This document shows, piece by piece, positions 34,901-45,343 of a stretch of 64,000 nucleotides of DNA. The stretch is from Prasinococcaceae sp. CCMP 1430 (Eukaryota; Plantae; Prasinodermophyta). Location: the NCBI GenBank assembly GCA_013416795.1, contig RQSC01001125.1, positions 9,892 through 73,891 on the forward strand. Reading direction: 5' to 3'. The first letter of the stretch is position 1, and each line of letters starts with the position of its first letter. The translations under genes were made by a program, and so were the position numbers. Under the pieces are notes generated by a model, which saw only the letters and a program-made list of their open reading frames with translations, was not told the DNA's origin and ran no database searches.

Positions 34901-36522
34901 GTCATGCGATGATGGCGCCTACAGCGAGGAAGCGTGCGAAGTGGCTTCCACTGCCGACCGGCGATGCGCGTGGTTCCCCGACGCGACAAGCCGAGCAGGC
35001 GTGGGCAGGTGCAAGGAGATTCACGACGAGAACCAGTGCGAGGCACGCTCCTCGCGCAGGAGCTGCGAGGGTAGTTGGGAGGACTGCATGTGGGCAAGCG
35101 GCGAGAGGTTCACGCGCTGTCAGAGCAGCCCTCAGTCGTGTCACGAATACAGCGAAAACGACGGCGAATTGATCTCGGCTTGCGCATCGCACGGCGACGG
35201 CACGACGTGCGCAGTGCGAACAGACTTGGAGTGGTCCAGCTGCGAAGATGTGCAATACGGCATACCTGGCGGCTGGAGTGTCGACCGCACTTATTGTGAC
35301 GACGCCTCCGTAGAGGGGTGTTCGAGCAAGAGCAACCGCAAGGTTGGCTGCGTGGTGAGCGAGCCCACCTGGATGCATCCCGAGGGCGTGTGCGTTCTTG
35401 GGGCCACCGTCGCCGACGTCACCGAGCTCGAGATCGTCAGGGGGCGCGCGACGAGCGCCCTCGTGGGCACACGCGTGCGCGTCGAGGGAATCGTGACGGC
35501 GTCCGGGGTGGGCCCATCCGAAGAGTTCTCGTATGTGCAGCACGACGGCGCCGGCGTGGCGGTGCGATTGCCCTTGCGCAGGGGGCAGCGCGTTGCGATC
35601 ACCGCGTACGTGGGCTACGAGGTGCGACCGTGGATGCGCGCTCGTTCTCGCGTGGCGCGCGCATGCGCTTGGCGCTGGCGCGAGCGCCCATGCAAAGGTA
35701 GCTGACAGAACGGGGCGGCGTCCCGCACGCGCGCGACGCGCACGCACACACTCACTACCGCCGAAAAGGACGGGCGGGCATCTCTCGCATTCCCCTCGGT
35801 GTCCTATCTGGGCGCCGCCACCAGCAAGGAGCTTCGGAATGCTGTGGCCGAGACCACCATCTCCGCGCTGCAGTACGACGTGGCCGTAGGCACGCTGGTA
35901 TCTATACAGGGAGTGATGCTCGGCAACTCCTGGGGTGAATGGGACTACCCCAGGCGTTTCGACGCCTTCGATGGCAACTTCCGGGAGCTGCGAATCGCAT
36001 TCAGGTGGTACCTCAAGGAGGACGAGGACGATCATGACCTGGGCGAGCTGGATGTCTCCTCCGGTGACTACCTCGCGTCGGTCGTGGGGTTGGTGCTCAT
36101 CATTGATGGTGCGCAATGCGCACGTGTGTGTCCGCCGCCTGCGCGTACAGCACTGCTTTTTCGTGGGTCGGAGTAGAGAGTGGCGTGGTGGGTGGTTTGC
36201 AAAGAGGACAAGCGTGCAATGTGCTAACGCGATCCACCGCGGTCGGGCCCGCCGCCGCCGCGCCGCAGATGAGCTCACGCTCGTGCCGAGGGACCGCGAC
36301 GACGTCGTGGTGGGCAGGCCCCCCGCGGACGACGACTCGAAGAAGAAGAAGAAGAAGAGCAAGAAGAAGGAATCGGCCAAGAAAGCCAAGAAGGCCAAGA
36401 AACTCTCCAAGAAGCAGGTCAAGAAGCTCTGCAAAAAGGCCAAGTCGAAGAAGAAGTGCAGGAAGGGCGACGCCAAGAAGCACTGCTCCTTTAGCAAGAA
36501 GAAGGGCTGCGCCCCGAAATAG
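28996..36522 (+). CDS. Very large secreted cysteine-rich repeat protein with C-terminal tandem OB-fold-like domains and a poly-Lys tail (about 2,050-2,100 aa)
   Basis: Signal peptide MRAPARAAQLAAAWLLALAAAAGAQ. Frame-consistent introns 29148-29301, 29654-29856, 30168-30323, 30682-30812, 30934-31075, 33244-(33353 or 33539), 35622-35768 and 36109-36268. About 30 four-Cys CxW repeats. OB-like SALVGTRVRVEGIVTA...YVQ...GQRVAITAYVGYE and GDYLASVVG...LTLVPRDRDD. TAG at 36522. Confidence 0.85.
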
Positions 36523-36873
36523 GCACAGGGCGCCACACGCGCTCGGGCGCCTGTAGCAGAAGACACGGGCGTGCACCTGCCCATTAGCGCACGCTCGGGG
36601 AAGGCAAGCCCGCAGCGCACGGGCTGTGCTCGTCATCGAGCGTGCCGCGGCTGCGCCCACGCGTTCGTAAGTCTTCCTGACGTTCCTGGCGCCGGCGCCC
36701 GCTTCCGTCGCGCGAAGCAGACAGAGGGGGGAGAAATGGAGGCTCGTTTAAAAATAAAAAATGGGGGCTTGTCCGTCCGGGAGACCTGGCACGCCGCTGC
36801 GCGCCACACGCACGGGCGCGCGCGCACGCGCGCGCACACGTGCGTGCGAGCACACACACACGCACACACGCAC

Positions 36874-37518
36874 ATGAGTTATCTCATCCCGCACCTGGCC
36901 AACGGCTGGGAGGTTGACCAGGCCATCCTCAGCGAGGAGGAGCGCGTGGTGATCATGCGCTTTGGCACCGACGGCGACGCGACGTGCATGCTCATGGATG
37001 AGGTCCTCGCGGGCATCATGGACAAGATCAAGAACTTCGCAGGTGTGGAACGCCGGGCGAGAGCGCGCGAGCGCGAGCGCGAGCGCGAGCGCGAGCGCGA
37101 GTGCGTGCGCGTGCGCGTACGCTTGCGCCGCAGCCGCAGATGCGGCGCAACGCTGACGCGCTGCGGCGCAACGCTAACGCACCGGCGCGCCGCTGCTGTG
37201 CCCGTCTACCCCACGCTCCCACCCACCCATCCCTCGCGTGCGCTGCGGACGAGTGCAGTCGTGTACTGCGTGGACAACCAGAAAGTGCCGGACTTCAACT
37301 CGATGTACGAGCTTTACGATCCGTGCACGGTCATGTTCTTCTTCCGGAACAAGCACATCATGGTGGACCTGGGCACGGGCAACAACAACAAGATCAACTG
37401 GGCGCTCACCGACAAGCAAGAGTTCATCGACATCGTGGAGACCGTGTTCAAGGGCGCGAGGAAGGGCCGCGGCCTCGTGGTCTCGCCCAAGGACTACTCC
37501 ACCAAGCTCCGGTACTAG
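36874..37518 (+). CDS. TXNL4A: U5 snRNP thioredoxin-like protein Dim1
   Basis: MSYLIPHLANGWEVDQAILSEEERVVIMRFG, VPDFNSMYELYDPCTVMFFFRNKHIMVDLGTGNNNKINWA, GARKGRGLVVSPKDYSTKLRY. Intron 37043-37258. Confidence 0.98.
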   Translation: MSYLIPHLANGWEVDQAILSEEERVVIMRFGTDGDATCMLMDEVLAGIMDKIKNFAGVERRARARERERERERERECVRVRVRLRRSRRCGATLTRCGATLTHRRAAAVPVYPTLPPTHPSRALRTSAVVYCVDNQKVPDFNSMYELYDPCTVMFFFRNKHIMVDLGTGNNNKINWALTDKQEFIDIVETVFKGARKGRGLVVSPKDYSTKLRY

Positions 37519-37693
37519 CACCTGGGGTCGGGCAACCCACATACAGTATGTATACCACTCCCCAGTGTATTTGTATTCTTGCCGATGGCCCATCGCCCGC
37601 GCGCCTGCGCGCGTGGGCTGGCGCAGTGCGGTGCTCATGAGGGCGCGTGCTGCGCGCGCGGCCCTGCGCAGAGCAACATGTTCTTTACTGTGC

Positions 37694-38706
37694 CTACCAG
37701 GTTCCGACGGCGTGCTGCGAGGGGTTCTCATAGGCCTTGAGGTCCCACTTTGTGCCCACGGCGAACGGCTCGCTGATTTTGACACCCGCGTCCGTGACTG
37801 TGCCCATGACGAACTTGTTGATTGAGTTCTTGTCGCGGTAGTAACACACGGACAGGCAGCGCTCCATCAGCGCGCGCGCCTCCACGGCGCTCATGTCCGG
37901 CCTGTGCTCAGCGCGCAGCAGCGGGATGGCCAGGTGGTTGCCGAAGCCCGTGGCAATCATGTCATCTTTGTACGCAATCCCCAGCAGGTTGACCGACCCC
38001 AGGAAGCTTTCCCCCTTGCTGCGACCGGCGACCACGAGCGAGTTCCACAACGGGTCGAGCTTCGAGCGCCTGTTGTACATCACGCGCGTCAGGTAGCTGT
38101 GGACCTCCTTGGGCTCCAGCGGTGCGCCGTCATCCTCACAGAAGTCGTCGGTGGCGATCTCGTCCAGGTACTTCATGATCTGTGTGGCGTCCGACACCTC
38201 GCCGCCGAAACCAAGGCACGTCGTCTCGTTCACCTTCTTAATGCGCACGACGTCCTTGTAGCGCAAGGTCGAGCCGTAGGCGGCCAGTGTGTCCGCGGCG
38301 ATCATCACGCCGTCCGCGTACGTGAACGCCACCACGGATGTGCCCGTCACGTACTGGGTTGCGCGCGGCAGCGGCAACAGGCGCAGGCATCAGACCGCGT
38401 TTTCGCACCGCGGCAGCGAGCGTTGGGCGAGGCGAGTGGGTCAGCGTACGTGCTCGGCCGCGCGTGAATGGCACTCGCAGCGAGCGCGGCCGTGAGCAGT
38501 CAATCAAAGGTCGGCGCTCTGGGAGCGGCATTCCCGAGCGCCCCGCCGCGGTGCTCCTGCGCAGCGCCATGCTGCACGCACCGGGTACTTTGTGTGCGAC
38601 TTCGGCCCCGCGCGCCCGGGCAGCTCCACCGCCGGCGGCGCCGACCGCGCGGGCGCGACGCCACGCGAGCGAGCGCATGCGATCCTGCCGGCATCTGGAA
38701 CGCCAT
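37694..38706 (-). CDS. PSMB4: 20S proteasome beta-7 subunit (PSMB4/PBG1); 5' end unresolved
   Basis: HTKYP|YVTGTSV across intron 38354-38581, IAADTLAAYGS, YNRRSKLDPLWN, ATGFGNHLAIPLLR, YYRDKNSINKF. No ATG is in frame with the HTKYP exon nearby. Confidence 0.93.
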
Positions 38707-39302
38707 ATCGCGCGCCGTCGCCCGCACGGGCGGGGGTGCGAGGCGGCGCCCCTCGCGCCTCGTGCGCGCAGTGGGCTGCGCAGCACGTGCCGAGCGCGTC
38801 GCGCGCGCGCGCGCCGGCAGATCTTCCGCTCGCCGAAACCGCTGCGCCGAAAGCGCTGCGCTCCGCAGTTTCGATTGGCGATCCGCAGCCCGCGGCGCGC
38901 ATGGGCGCCCATAGCGGAACGCAGAGCGCAGGACCGGACGGGACTTTGAAATCCGCACGCGGGTGCCAACGCGATACCAATGCGCAATGCGAACATATTG
39001 ACATTGGTGCATGCAGGTGCACCTGCACAGCGCACGCGCGGTCCTCCACTGCGTGCGCCGCGATGAGCGGCCAGTGAGTGCGGGCGCTGCAGAGCCCCCC
39101 GTGCACGGCATGGCACAGCGCGGTGCAGGCAGGGCTGCACAGAGCGCGCGCAGCGCAGGGGAGTGCGGTGGAGCGAGAGCGAGCGGTGGAGAATTGATTG
39201 AAGGTGTTGTAGTTACATGTGCGGCGCCGCTCTGTGGTGCCGCCCCGCCGCGGGGAAGAGTGCCCGCGCGGCGAGGCCCTGGCAGAAAGGCGTAGCTTAG
39301 AA

Positions 39303-39842
39303 TTACTTGGCGACAGGGATGGTCGCCTTCACCGCAGCGGCGAGATCCGCGTCGGTGGTCCACGGCGGGAAGCTCCACTTCTTGTCCACCTTCGCGAGCG
39401 GGCGAGCGGGCGGGCGGGCAGACGCATTCGCAGCGAGCGCGAGGGATCACGCGGCGCGGCGCAGGCAGAGGTCAGGGCGCGTGCGCATGTCCATGTCAGC
39501 GCTAGCGCAGGCATGTGCGCGCTTGCCGGCGCGCTGCACGCAGGATTTCCCAACGAGCGCTTCCGCCGCGAGCGTTGCCGGCAAGGCCGCGCGGTCGCGC
39601 ACAGGCGAACGCACCATCGTCGTGACGTCGTACTCGTGGTCCGGGACCGCCGGCTGAGTGTTCTCGATGAATTTGCCGTAGAAGCGGCCGGACAGAGTGA
39701 GCCAGTCCGTGCCGCGGACATGGACGCCGGCCTCGAGGAGGCCCCAGTAAATCATGCCGAGGCAAACGTAGAGGGTAAGCAGGATTGCCGTGATGCGCGC
39801 CCAGTCCTTGGGGTAGATGCCAAGGATCTTGCCGGCGTTGCT
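39303..39842 (-). CDS. Small single-pass membrane protein of unknown function; 5' exon not located
   Basis: Exon 39615-39842 (SNAGKILGIYPKDWARITAILLTLYVCLGMIYWGLLEAG...DVTTM), intron 39390-39614, and exon VDKKWSFPPW...IPVAK-stop. Coding-like codon usage and canonical splice sites. Confidence 0.7.
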
Positions 39843-40745
39843 CTGTTGAAGAGGATCAGTGGGGATGAGGGGAGGGGGGGGGGGGGTAGAAGGACCGTCA
39901 GTGCGTGCGCTGCACGTGCACTTGTGCCGGCGCACATCACATTCCTTTCCACACTGGGCACAAGCACGCGCGCGCACGCCCACACGCAGACGGCACCGGG
40001 ACCGCTCGGCAGCGTGGGCCCGCGAGCACGCATGCACGACCGGGCGCGATCCCTACGGCGCCTGCAGGTGCATCAGCGGCAGCGGCCGGCCGCGGCCACC
40101 GCTGCTGCAGCCGCCCCGCCCACTGGCGGGTGGGCGGTGGATGGGTTTGGGACGGAGCGGCGCTGCCATTTTTCCTGCCGCATTTCGTGCGCTTTTCCCC
40201 AGCAGGCTTGCGGGCGCGCGCGCCGGGGTGTGCCCACTCCTCCCGCCTCCCTCCCTCCCTCTCCACGCCCCCGATCGACGCGCTCGAGGTTCGGGCGGGA
40301 CGCGCGTCGCAAGTGCCGTGATGGCATCGCGGAGGTGCGCGCGCGGGCGTGCAGGGATAGGCGCGCGCGGCCGACGTCGCGCGCGCGCGCGCGCGAGCAC
40401 CCCCGCCCGCCCACCCCAAAAAGCCCAAAAAACGGTGCAAAAAGTGACAAGAGAAAACCCTCAGCGTACACACGCACGCACAGGGGCGCGGGCGTGCACG
40501 CACTGGGGCCACGCCGTCGCCAACCGACGCGCGCACCTGCCAATCGCAAACACGCGTCCGCGCGCCTTCGGATTGGGAGCAGTCAAGCAGCGCGTCGATT
40601 CATGGAGTCTGGTCAGAGGCGCGGAGCGAGACTCAGGGGCAAGTGTCAAACTCAAGTTTTGCGTTCAACAACATTGGCGTGTGTGATCCAGCGACAAGCG
40701 CAACGGCGTCTGTCGCCACGGGTGGCGCGTGGGCCGTGCCGACGC

Positions 40746-41000
40746 TTAGCGGCCGGCATCCGCGACGATGAGCTCCAGCGGCTTCTGCACGGTGGGGGCG
40801 TACACGCCGCTGGCGAACACCAGCGCCACGCCCGAGCCCACGATCACCAGGGTGAGGATCCAGCCGAGGACCACCTTGCCCAGCAGCTTGTAGTTGACGC
40901 CCTTCGAGCCCTCCATCCACGCAACGGCGGAGGTGGCGCCCACCTGGCAATGCGTGGTGGACAGCGGCCAGCCCTGGCGCGAGCCGATGATGATCACCAG
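40746..41000 (-). CDS. C-terminal fragment of a PiT/PHO4-family phosphate transporter, cut at N join 41001
   Basis: GWPLSTTHCQVGATSAV...GVNYKLLGKVVLGWILTL matches the PHO4 C-terminal signature. Confidence 0.85.
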   Translation of the reverse strand: MVIIIGSRQGWPLSTTHCQVGATSAVAWMEGSKGVNYKLLGKVVLGWILTLVIVGSGVALVFASGVYAPTVQKPLELIVADAGR

Positions 41001-41547
41001 NACGCGCGCGCGCCGGGCGACCGGCCGCGGGACGCCGCGTTTCGGCGCCGCGCCACCGCGTTTTATTAGACTAGACTAGACTACATATTCGTAGTTTTAT
41101 TTGGCTCCCGCCGTGACACATTCTCTGACGCGCGGCGTGGGGCGAATGCGCTTTGACGAGTCAAAATCAAAATCAAAATAAAAATAAAAATAAAAAAGCC
41201 GTCGGTGGCACAGGCCAAACAGCAGGCAGCAGGAGCGTGCGACCCACGAAAAAGCAACACGAAAACCTCTCAACCGCACGCACTTTTTAATCTAAGAAAA
41301 AGAACAGAAAAGAAGAGAAAAACGGGCGAAAAAAAAAGGCGGCCGGACGCGGCACCCGAACGGGCGGGGAGCGGCGACGCGCCGGTCCGCGCCGCGCGCG
41401 GGAGCGCAGCGCTCGCGGCGGCGGGCGACGCGTCTGCGGCGTGGGTGCGTGTGCGTGTGCGTGTGTCTGTGTGTGTGTGGCCAGGGGGCGTCAGACGCAC
41501 GCCTTGGCGCGCGGGGGGTGCCGGCGCGGGCGCGCGCGGGGGTAGCG

Positions 41548-42096
41548 ATGGACGAGGACGAGCAGGGGCTCACCGAGGAGCAGCTCGTCGACCATGAGGA
41601 GATGGACACGATCATCCGCGAGGTGCGCGAGCGGCCGCGCGGGCGAGGCGGGCGCCGCCGGTGTGTGGACGAGTCGGAGGCCGCGTGACAGCGCGCGTTG
41701 GCGAGTGGCATGTCCCTGGCGCGCGCGATCGGATGTTCCCGTCGCCTGCGCGCGCCCCCCTCGGCGCGGCTGGTGTCGGCGAGAAAGCGCTGACGGCCAT
41801 GCGCACGCGCGCACGAACCGCAGTCGATCGAATCGGTGCTGAACGACCAGTCGTTCGCGCTGGCAAAGATTGACACGTGGTCGAACAACGTCATCGAGGC
41901 ATGCCTCAAGCGCTGCTCGGCGCTGGGCAAGCCTTTCAAATACGTGGCCACAGCGCACCTCGCGCAGAAGGCCGGCGCGGGCATGCACGTGGCGAGCACG
42001 AGCCTCACCGACCCGCGGACCGATGGCAAACTCTCAGTCACGTGGGGCAACAACACCATGCAGTGCGTGGTCACTGTCTACTGGGTTTCTATCTAG
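41548..42096 (+). CDS. DYNLT1: Dynein light chain, Tctex-1 type
   Basis: TIIRE|SIESVL across intron 41623-41823, WSNNVIEACLKRCSALGKPFKYV, AGMHVAS...DG..SV.W.N.TMQCVVTVYWVSI. Confidence 0.93.
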
Positions 42097-42293
42097 CTAG
42101 GCACGCGTACATGCGCACGCGGGCGTGGGAATGGCGTCGCGACCGCGGACACGCGCGCGCATGTTTGTTCAATATGTGCATGAGTAGGACAGACTCTCTC
42201 CCTCTCTCGCGCGCGCTTGCGCTGCGTGCGGGAAGTTGTGTACATACATTTACAGCAGCACGTCCTGATGGCTCGGTTTTGTGGCACGCAGCC

Positions 42294-44090
42294 TCACGGC
42301 AGCCTGTGGGTGGCATCTGCCAACAGGCCGGCGTGCGTGCACTCGAACGCACGGTGCTTGTAGACGAACATGGCCACGTGCGTCACGGCCACGTATGCGA
42401 GAGCGAGCGCCGTGCGCGTGCTCATGCCTCGAGGCAGAACGCGCGTGGCACCGCGCGAGGTCGACGTCGACGGCTTGGACGTGCGCGGCTCGCCATCCTC
42501 CGCCTCGATCGTGATGCTCGAGAGCGGAACGTGCAGGCTCTCGAGAGCACTCTTGCGCGGCGCGCGCCGACTGGCGCTTGCTGTCGTCGCCTGTGCGTGC
42601 GCGCGCGCATCCTCGGCATCGCGACGAGCGTGCTCCGCGGCATCCTCCGCAGCGGTGACGCGCGCGCGAAGCGCGGCGATTTCGTCGGCGCCGACCTCAG
42701 CAACACTTGCCCTGCGAACAGAGCTCGCCTCCTGGGCGCGCTCCGCCGCTGCGCGCGCCTCGGCCTGGGCAGTCGCAGCGCGCTCGTCTGCGGCGCGGCG
42801 TGCCATGGCGAGCTCGCGTGCGTCGTCGTTTGCTGCGGCGGCGCGCACCTCGGCCTCGGCGATCAGCTTGCGCGCATTGGCAAGCTCCCCCTCAGCGGCG
42901 GCCGCTCGCGTCTCGGCCGCACTCGCCGCAGCCTCGACCGCGGAGAGCTTGGCAGCGCTTGCCGCGTGCGTACTCGCGAGTGCAGCGGTGAGCTCCTCCT
43001 CACGCGCGGCACGCGACGCGGCTTCGGCGCGAAGCGCCGCATTGCGCGAACGCTCCGAGTCTGCCTCTTCCGCTCTTGTCGCGGCCTCGGCGCGTGCCAT
43101 GACCAGTGCGTCGCGTTCGCGCGCGAGCTCGGTTCGCAGCGCCGTGACTTCCGCCTGCAGCGCACCCTGCACGTTCACGGCCTCGTCGCGCACCCGCGCT
43201 GCAGCCGCATCGAGCGTTGCGCTGAACGTCGCCGCGCGTCGCGCGTTCGCCTCCTCGACTTCAGCAACGCGCGCCTCGGCGGCGTCTGCTCGCTGGATCG
43301 CCTCCGAAAGCGTGCGCTCTGCGGCCTCGGCGCGCAGCATCGCCGCCTCTCGTGCGCTCTCCGCGGCGAGCGCCGCGTCCCTCGCGAGCGCCGCGTCCTC
43401 GCTCGCCGCTCGTGCGGCCTCGCGCAGCGCTCCTGCTTCGGCGCGCTCCGCCTCAGCAACGCGTTGGGCAGCTGCGCAGCGCTCCTCCAATGCGAGCGCC
43501 TCAGCGGCGCCGCCGTTCGCTCTTGCAGCGCCACGCTTCAGCTCTGCCAGCTCCGCGCCCACGCGATGCGCCTCCGCGCGCGCCTCCTTCGCCTGCCGCC
43601 TGTACGCGTCGGCCGCTCCAGCGCTGCTCTCGGCGGCGTCGCTCGCACGCGCGCGCTCGCCAGCAGCCGCGCGCAGCTCCTTCTCCGCGCGTGCGCAATC
43701 TGCCCGCAGCGCGTCTCGCTCGGCACGCAGGGCGGCCGCCTCGTCCGCGGACGCGTCTGCCTCAGCCTGCAGGCCCCGCATGCGCGTCTCCAGGCGCTCG
43801 GCGAGCGCCGCGACGCGCGCCTCAGTCGCGCGCCTCTCGTCGGCCTCTCGCGCCGCAGCATCGCGCGAGGCGGCGGCGTCCGCCTGCGCCACCGCCAGCG
43901 CCGCGCGTAGCGCCGCCTCCCCCGACGGCCCGCCCACGTCCCCTGTCCCGACGCCGACGCCCGCCCCGCTCCGCGCGCCCGCCGCCGCGCCGCAGCCCCT
44001 GGCACGCCCTCGCGGCTCTCGAGCCCCCCAGCCCCCCACCACCCTCCTCGGGGAGGCGCACCTGCGCCGCCCGCGTGCCTGTGCCACCAC
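42294..44090 (-). CDS. Long Ala/Glu/Arg coiled-coil protein with a C-terminal TM anchor (golgin-like tail-anchored)
   Basis: About 500 aa of heptad-like A/E/R sequence, then TALALAYVAVTHVAMFVY and a short tail. Start unresolved. Confidence 0.7.
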   Translation of the reverse strand: MVAQARGRRRCASPRRVVGGWGAREPRGRARGCGAAAGARSGAGVGVGTGDVGGPSGEAALRAALAVAQADAAASRDAAAREADERRATEARVAALAERLETRMRGLQAEADASADEAAALRAERDALRADCARAEKELRAAAGERARASDAAESSAGAADAYRRQAKEARAEAHRVGAELAELKRGAARANGGAAEALALEERCAAAQRVAEAERAEAGALREAARAASEDAALARDAALAAESAREAAMLRAEAAERTLSEAIQRADAAEARVAEVEEANARRAATFSATLDAAAARVRDEAVNVQGALQAEVTALRTELARERDALVMARAEAATRAEEADSERSRNAALRAEAASRAAREEELTAALASTHAASAAKLSAVEAAASAAETRAAAAEGELANARKLIAEAEVRAAAANDDARELAMARRAADERAATAQAEARAAAERAQEASSVRRASVAEVGADEIAALRARVTAAEDAAEHARRDAEDARAHAQATTASASRRAPRKSALESLHVPLSSITIEAEDGEPRTSKPSTSTSRGATRVLPRGMSTRTALALAYVAVTHVAMFVYKHRAFECTHAGLLADATHRLP

Positions 44091-44732
44091 CCTCCCCGCG
44101 CCTGCCGCTGCTGCCGCTGGCTGTCGCGAGGGACCCGAGCTGCGAGTTCAAACTCTGGCATGCACAGTCAACCACAGACCCTATTTTATGCCAAGGCGAT
44201 TTTATCATCATGACTTTACTGTATGGCGCTTTAGTGCGCATGCAAACCTTAATGTAGTAAACCTAAACCTCATCGCGCGCGCGCGCACGCGTTCCGTCCC
44301 GGCTGAGTCAGCGCCGGCGCCATATCTGGCAGCGCGGCGGGCGAGCGCGCTTGCGGCTCTGTACCGCGGGGCGTGTGACCGCACGTGCGTGTGCGTGTGG
44401 GTGGGTGGGTGGGTGGGTGCACGTCCCTACGTGAGCGTGCGTGCGTGTCTGTACGCGTGCCTGCGTGCGTGTGTGCCTTGTGCGTGCGGTGCGCGCGGCG
44501 GCGGCATAGCAGAGGTGTGGGGCGCCGCCAACTCGGGCCGCGACAGGCGCTGTGCCTGCAGCGACTGCTCGGTACGGAGGACGCCTTGGCTGTGCCGATG
44601 GCGGCGTTGGTGCAATCACTCTCGCACGTACGCACATGCGCACGCGCACGGGCACCCTCGCTCGCGCGCGGGCGCGCGGATGTGAGGGTGCGCGTCTTTC
44701 CCACGCGGCGCTGCGAGCGGCTGCTGCCGCCG

Positions 44733-44969
44733 ATGCACGCCACCAAGGAGGGCAGCGCTGCAGGGGGTGAGGGCCGCGACGTGTCGCCGCAGCCGCGCGA
44801 CACGTCGGGAATGTACAACCCCGACCGCGCGGGCGTACGCGCATCTGAGGACCCCGAGCACACCGTCGAGGCGCTCTTCGACTCGGTGATCGTCGTCGGC
44901 TTCCTCGCGCTGCTGGCGCTCGTCGGCGTTGTCGTCGTCGTCCTCGCGCCGGCCGCGGACAACTACTAG
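44733..44969 (+). CDS. Hypothetical small membrane protein
   Basis: Ends in hydrophobic SVIVVGFLALLALVGVVVVVLAP before TAG. It may have an upstream exon (ATG 44599, donor GTACGC). Confidence 0.4.
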   Translation: MHATKEGSAAGGEGRDVSPQPRDTSGMYNPDRAGVRASEDPEHTVEALFDSVIVVGFLALLALVGVVVVVLAPAADNY

Positions 44970-45335
44970 GCGAAGAAGAGGGGGGGGGGCTACACACGTA
45001 CGTGGTCTATGACAATGCAAAGAACGACCGAGAGCGCCGCTTCGAAGACGGACGCAGCCGTCCCAACGCGGCAGACGCCGGACAGCGCAGAGAAGAGAGC
45101 GATGATGAGGATCGCCGTGCACAGCACCGACACACACACGCGCCTGCCCCCACCCCCCCACCCCCTACCCCCAACACACGCAAGCAGGTGTGGACACGCT
45201 GCGACCTCCATCGACTGCTGCTGTGCGAGTGGGGCGCAGGCGCGCGTCCACGACGGCTGCGCCCCCCTCCCTCCGCTCCTCCCCTCCCTCGCCGGAGGAC
45301 GAGTGCGTGAGGTTTTGAGGTTTGTTTTTAAGGTA

Positions 45336-45343
45336 TAGGGTTT
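45336..45343. promoter_or_regulatory. Telo-box-like motif TAGGGTTT in an AT-rich spacer with degenerate copies
   Basis: GGTTTTGAGGTTTGTTTTTAAGGTATAGGGTTTCATAGGGTCT at 45310-45353. Confidence 0.3.

Noticed and set aside
36571-36873. N-terminal extension of Dim1 in the 315-aa ORF
   Set aside because: The canonical Dim1 start MSYL is at 36874. The upstream part is low-complexity UTR/spacer, and the internal (RE)n stretch is intronic.
41040-41200. Helitron or transposon end (ACTAG repeats, AT-rich tail) beside the N join
   Set aside because: No matching 5' end, hairpin or coding remnant was found, and the assembly join confounds the context.
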